This document shows, piece by piece, positions 61,013-64,000 of a stretch of DNA of 64,000 nt (its first letter is position 1; each line of letters starts with the position of its first letter). The notes beneath the pieces are model-generated. The model was not told the origin of the DNA. It saw only the letters and a list, made by a program, of their open reading frames with translations, and ran no database searches. The stretch is taken from NCBI GenBank assembly GCA_041483195.1, contig JBGPFC010000015.1, positions 28,805 through 92,804 on the forward strand, given 5' to 3'. Position numbers and translations under genes: made by a program. This DNA comes from Candidatus Eiseniibacteriota bacterium. Lineage in GTDB: Bacteria; Eisenbacteria; RBG-16-71-46.

Positions 61013-61927
61013 ATGAAGCGCCTTCGCGCGATCCATCGCCCCGTCCGGCACTGGCTGATCGCCGCGGGCTTCGCCGGGATCGCGTGCCTCTCCGGATGCG
61101 GTCTCCCCTCGGGCCGGACCCTGCGCGCCATCGCCGCCGGTCCGCCGGTGGACCCGGAGCGCTATCGCGCTTCGATCGAATCCGTCGAGCTGGTGCTGTT
61201 CCGCGACGGACCGGTCACCGAGGACGGCCGCGAATCCCTGAGCGTGCGCATCGCCGATCTCGGGAGCGCGCTCGCGGAGGGCGACTCCTCGGCGCTGGTG
61301 CATCACTTCCGCGGAGAGCTCGTGACGCTCGCCCGCATGGCGCGGAACGCGCGCATGGGACAAACGATCGAGCGCACGCCGCTCCGCACGCAATGGGAGC
61401 GCATCCGCGGCAGCCTGTTCGACGACGCGTCGTGGTTCGCGTGGAGCCAGAACGATCTGTCGAGTACGGACCCTTCCCCGGATGGGCTGCTTCGGGTGGA
61501 CGAGGCCGAGGGCGCGCGGCTCGAGCGGGTGATGGATCAGCTCGACATCATGCTCGACCGGGCGCCGCGCGATCTGCGGGCGATCCACCTGTCCACCCTG
61601 CCATCCGTCGCCACCGCGAGTGCGGTCGCGACGGGCGAGTCATGGAGCGGGTGGAGTCGAGCGTGGCACGACTCGCTCGCGGGCGCAGGTGCCGGGATTC
61701 CGAGCGAGCCGACGCTCGCGGCGAGCGCCTCGTTCGACGCCGCGGTCGACAGCACCCGCCTCGCGATCGCCACCATGACCGAGTTTGGGGATGAGGTCGG
61801 CACCGGCGACACGGCCGCCGAGGAGGCGTGGAAGGCGCGCTACGACGAGGCCGTCCGCCGGCTCGGGGCCGCACGTGAGAGCCTCCGCCGCCACCGCGAG
61901 CTGCGTCGCATCGCGGCCGCGCAATGA
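61013..61927 (+). CDS. Hypothetical helical lipoprotein
   Basis: Lipobox CLSG^C; predicted helical; start uncertain (60971-61013). Confidence 0.55.
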   Translation: MKRLRAIHRPVRHWLIAAGFAGIACLSGCGLPSGRTLRAIAAGPPVDPERYRASIESVELVLFRDGPVTEDGRESLSVRIADLGSALAEGDSSALVHHFRGELVTLARMARNARMGQTIERTPLRTQWERIRGSLFDDASWFAWSQNDLSSTDPSPDGLLRVDEAEGARLERVMDQLDIMLDRAPRDLRAIHLSTLPSVATASAVATGESWSGWSRAWHDSLAGAGAGIPSEPTLAASASFDAAVDSTRLAIATMTEFGDEVGTGDTAAEEAWKARYDEAVRRLGAARESLRRHRELRRIAAAQ

Positions 61928-61943
61928 ACCCGGCCGCGCGGCG

Positions 61944-63746
61944 CTAGGCCGGTTTCGCCGCCTCGGCGCCCGACTCCGAGTATTCGGCCGGAATGTTCGC
62001 GAGCACGTCGCGCACGCGCTGCTCGCCGTCGGCGTGGAGCCGCGCGATCGCGTCCTGCACGGTGCGCACCACGTCGGCGAGCGGGACGACGGCGCCTTCG
62101 CGATCGCGGCGCTGCGTCATCTCGGCGCCGCCCGACTTGATGGAGCGGTCCGAGACCACGAGGCGAAGCGGCATGCCCCGCAGATCCGAGTCGGCGAACT
62201 TCACGCCGGCCGGGGCATCGCGATCGTCGAACAGCACCTCGATGCCGGCCTGCTGCAGCGCCTCGTACAGCCGCTCGGCGGCGTCCCGCGCCTCGTCCGA
62301 GCGCGCGAGCGACAGCAGCGAAACCTGGAATGGAGCGATGCTGATCGGCAGGCAGAGCCCGCGATCGTCGCGGTGCTCCTCGGCGACGCACGCGAGCAGT
62401 CGGCCGACGCCGATTCCGTACGAGCCCATCACGATCGGCTGGGTGCGTCCCTGTTCATCGAGATAGTTGGCGCCGGCCGCGACCGAGTAGCGCGTGCCCA
62501 GCTGGAAGATGTTGCCAACCTCGACGCCGCGCACCAGCTGGAGCGGAGCCCCGCAGCGTTCGCACGGGGCGCCTTCCCAGGCGAGCGCGATCGAGCCCAC
62601 CGCGCCCGGCTCGTAGTCGCGGCCCGCGCGCGCGTTGCGGACGTGCGTGTCCTCCGCGTTCGCGCCCATCACGAACCCGCCTCCGCCCGCGATCAGCTCG
62701 TCCACCACGACCACGGTGCCCTTCGCGAGGCCGATCGGCGATGCATAGCCCGCCACGCCGCCGGCGGCCGCGATCTCTTCAGGACGCGCGGGGCGCAGCT
62801 CCAGCGCCGCGGCCCGGTTCTGCAGCTGGATTGGATTCGCCTCCATGTCGCCGCGCACCACGCCAACGACCAGGCGGTGGGTCTCGTCTTCGAAGCGGCC
62901 GATGAAGAAGACCGACTTCGCGATCTGCGCGGCAGGGACGCCGAGGAACGCGGAGACCTCTTCGATGGTCGTCGCTCCGGGAGTGGCGACCCGTTCGAGC
63001 GGTCCGTCCACGCCCGGCGATGGGTGCGCCCGGAAGCGAGCGACCTCGCGATTCGCCGAGTAGTCGCAGTTCGAACATCGCACCAGCACGTCCTCGCCGA
63101 TCGGCGTGACGTACATGAACTCGTGCGCGATCTTTCCGCCCATCATGCCCACGTCGCTCTGGACCACGCTGAGCGGCAGGCCCACCCGCGCGCCGATGCG
63201 AAGGTACGCGACGTAGTGCTTGCGATACTGGCGAACCAGGCCGGCCTCGTCGCGATCCAGCGAGTACGAATCCTTCATCACGAACTCGCGGACCCGGATC
63301 AGTCCGCCGCGCGCGCGCGGCTCGTCGCGGAATTTCGTCTGCAGCTGGTAGACGATCTGTGGCAGCTGGCGCCAGGAGCGCAGCTCGGTGCTCGCGAGCG
63401 TCGCGACCACCTCCTCGTGCGTCATCGCCAGCAGCATGGGGTGCCCGCGGCGATCCTTGAAGCGCACCATGGTCTGATCCACGGTCGACCAGCGGCCGCT
63501 CTTCTCCCACGGATCGGACGGGTGCACGACCGGCATGTTGATCTCCTGCCCGCCGATGCGGTTCATCTCCTCGCGGAGGATCTGGCCGATCCGCGCCTGG
63601 GCGCGCTGGGCGAGCGGGAGGTACGAGAAGATCCCGGCGGCGAGCTGGCGCACGTATCCGGCGCGCAGCAGGAGCTGGTGCGATGCGAAATCGGCCTCCG
63701 ACGGATTCTCGCGGAGCGTCTCGCCGAACAGGTGTCGGACTCGCAT
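61944..63746 (-). CDS. proS: Proline--tRNA ligase with insertion editing domain
   Basis: THEE, KFRDEPRARGGLIRVREF.MKDSYS, EVGNIFQLG, GSYGIGVGR, DDRD...GVKFAD. Confidence 0.96.
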   Translation of the reverse strand: MRVRHLFGETLRENPSEADFASHQLLLRAGYVRQLAAGIFSYLPLAQRAQARIGQILREEMNRIGGQEINMPVVHPSDPWEKSGRWSTVDQTMVRFKDRRGHPMLLAMTHEEVVATLASTELRSWRQLPQIVYQLQTKFRDEPRARGGLIRVREFVMKDSYSLDRDEAGLVRQYRKHYVAYLRIGARVGLPLSVVQSDVGMMGGKIAHEFMYVTPIGEDVLVRCSNCDYSANREVARFRAHPSPGVDGPLERVATPGATTIEEVSAFLGVPAAQIAKSVFFIGRFEDETHRLVVGVVRGDMEANPIQLQNRAAALELRPARPEEIAAAGGVAGYASPIGLAKGTVVVVDELIAGGGGFVMGANAEDTHVRNARAGRDYEPGAVGSIALAWEGAPCERCGAPLQLVRGVEVGNIFQLGTRYSVAAGANYLDEQGRTQPIVMGSYGIGVGRLLACVAEEHRDDRGLCLPISIAPFQVSLLSLARSDEARDAAERLYEALQQAGIEVLFDDRDAPAGVKFADSDLRGMPLRLVVSDRSIKSGGAEMTQRRDREGAVVPLADVVRTVQDAIARLHADGEQRVRDVLANIPAEYSESGAEAAKPA

Positions 63747-63866
63747 GGATGGAGCTCCAGCCTCACCGGGGTGCCGCCCAACGGCGGCGGAGCATCGCGC
63801 AGGAACGGGGCGCGACAGTAACCGTTCGCGATTCGGCCCGCAAGCTGCGGCGAGCGCCCTGTGGGA

Positions 63867-63914
63867 CGTCAGTGAAAATGTCACCCCGTAACGCGTCTGT
63901 GAAAATGTCCCCCC
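63867..63914 (+). repeat. Two near-identical 21-bp direct repeats, period 27
   Basis: CGTCAGTGAAAATGTCACCCC (63867-63887) and CGTCTGTGAAAATGTCCCCCC (63894-63914). Confidence 0.9.
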
Positions 63915-63915
63915 C

Positions 63916-64000
63916 ATGGACCTCATACTCATGGGCAACCGGGACGCCCGGCGGCTGGGTGTGGTGCAAGCCGCAGTGCAGGGACGGATCACGAATCGCG
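63916..64000 (+). CDS. Transposase N-terminus (partial)
   Basis: MDLILMGNRDARRLGVVQAAVQGRITNR resembles the HTH start of ISNCY/IS481-like transposases. Confidence 0.6.
   Translation, partial: MDLILMGNRDARRLGVVQAAVQGRITNR

Larger units (their letters stand above)
63860..64000 (+). mobile_element. Left end of ISNCY/IS1202-like insertion sequence (truncated by window)
   Basis: Begins TGT; two 21-bp subterminal repeats; transposase-like start follows. Confidence 0.7.

Noticed and set aside
63867..63914. Direct repeats as a CRISPR array
   Set aside because: Only two 21-bp units with a 6-bp gap; better explained as IS subterminal repeats.

Overview
A very GC-rich, gene-dense bacterial chromosomal segment with about 57 plausible CDS, one tRNA-Gly(GCC) and the left end of an ISNCY/IS1202-like insertion sequence at the right edge. 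No rRNA, CRISPR array or prophage is evident. Two S8 proteases with FlgD-Ig/T9SS-like C-terminal domains and a phosphoesterase ending in 'SWGGLKSIYR' suggest an FCB-group lineage such as Ca. Eisenbacteria (inference only). Core metabolism genes include aspartate kinase, folE, gltA, malic enzyme, lhgO, gdhA, asnA, ackA, amt, msrB and proS. There are two two-component systems (LytS/LytTR with LiaF-like genes; NtrY/NtrX-like sigma54 system) and a peroxiredoxin/DsrE/TsdA-like sulfur-redox module. The most intriguing signals are: (1) an AnaB/PltE-like prolyl-carrier-protein dehydrogenase co-transcribed with a Cys-type/Arg-type alpha/beta-hydrolase pair, cut by the left edge; (2) a 995-aa REC-REC-PPDK(ATP-grasp)-His protein directly behind gdhA; (3) recurring sigma28-like (TCAAG-N15/16-GCCGATAA) and sigma54-like promoter motifs; (4) a divergent folE-GT2-CxxC-less TrxB operon. 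All annotations come from reading motifs by eye; no database search was run, and most long alternative ORFs in the track are GC shadow ORFs.
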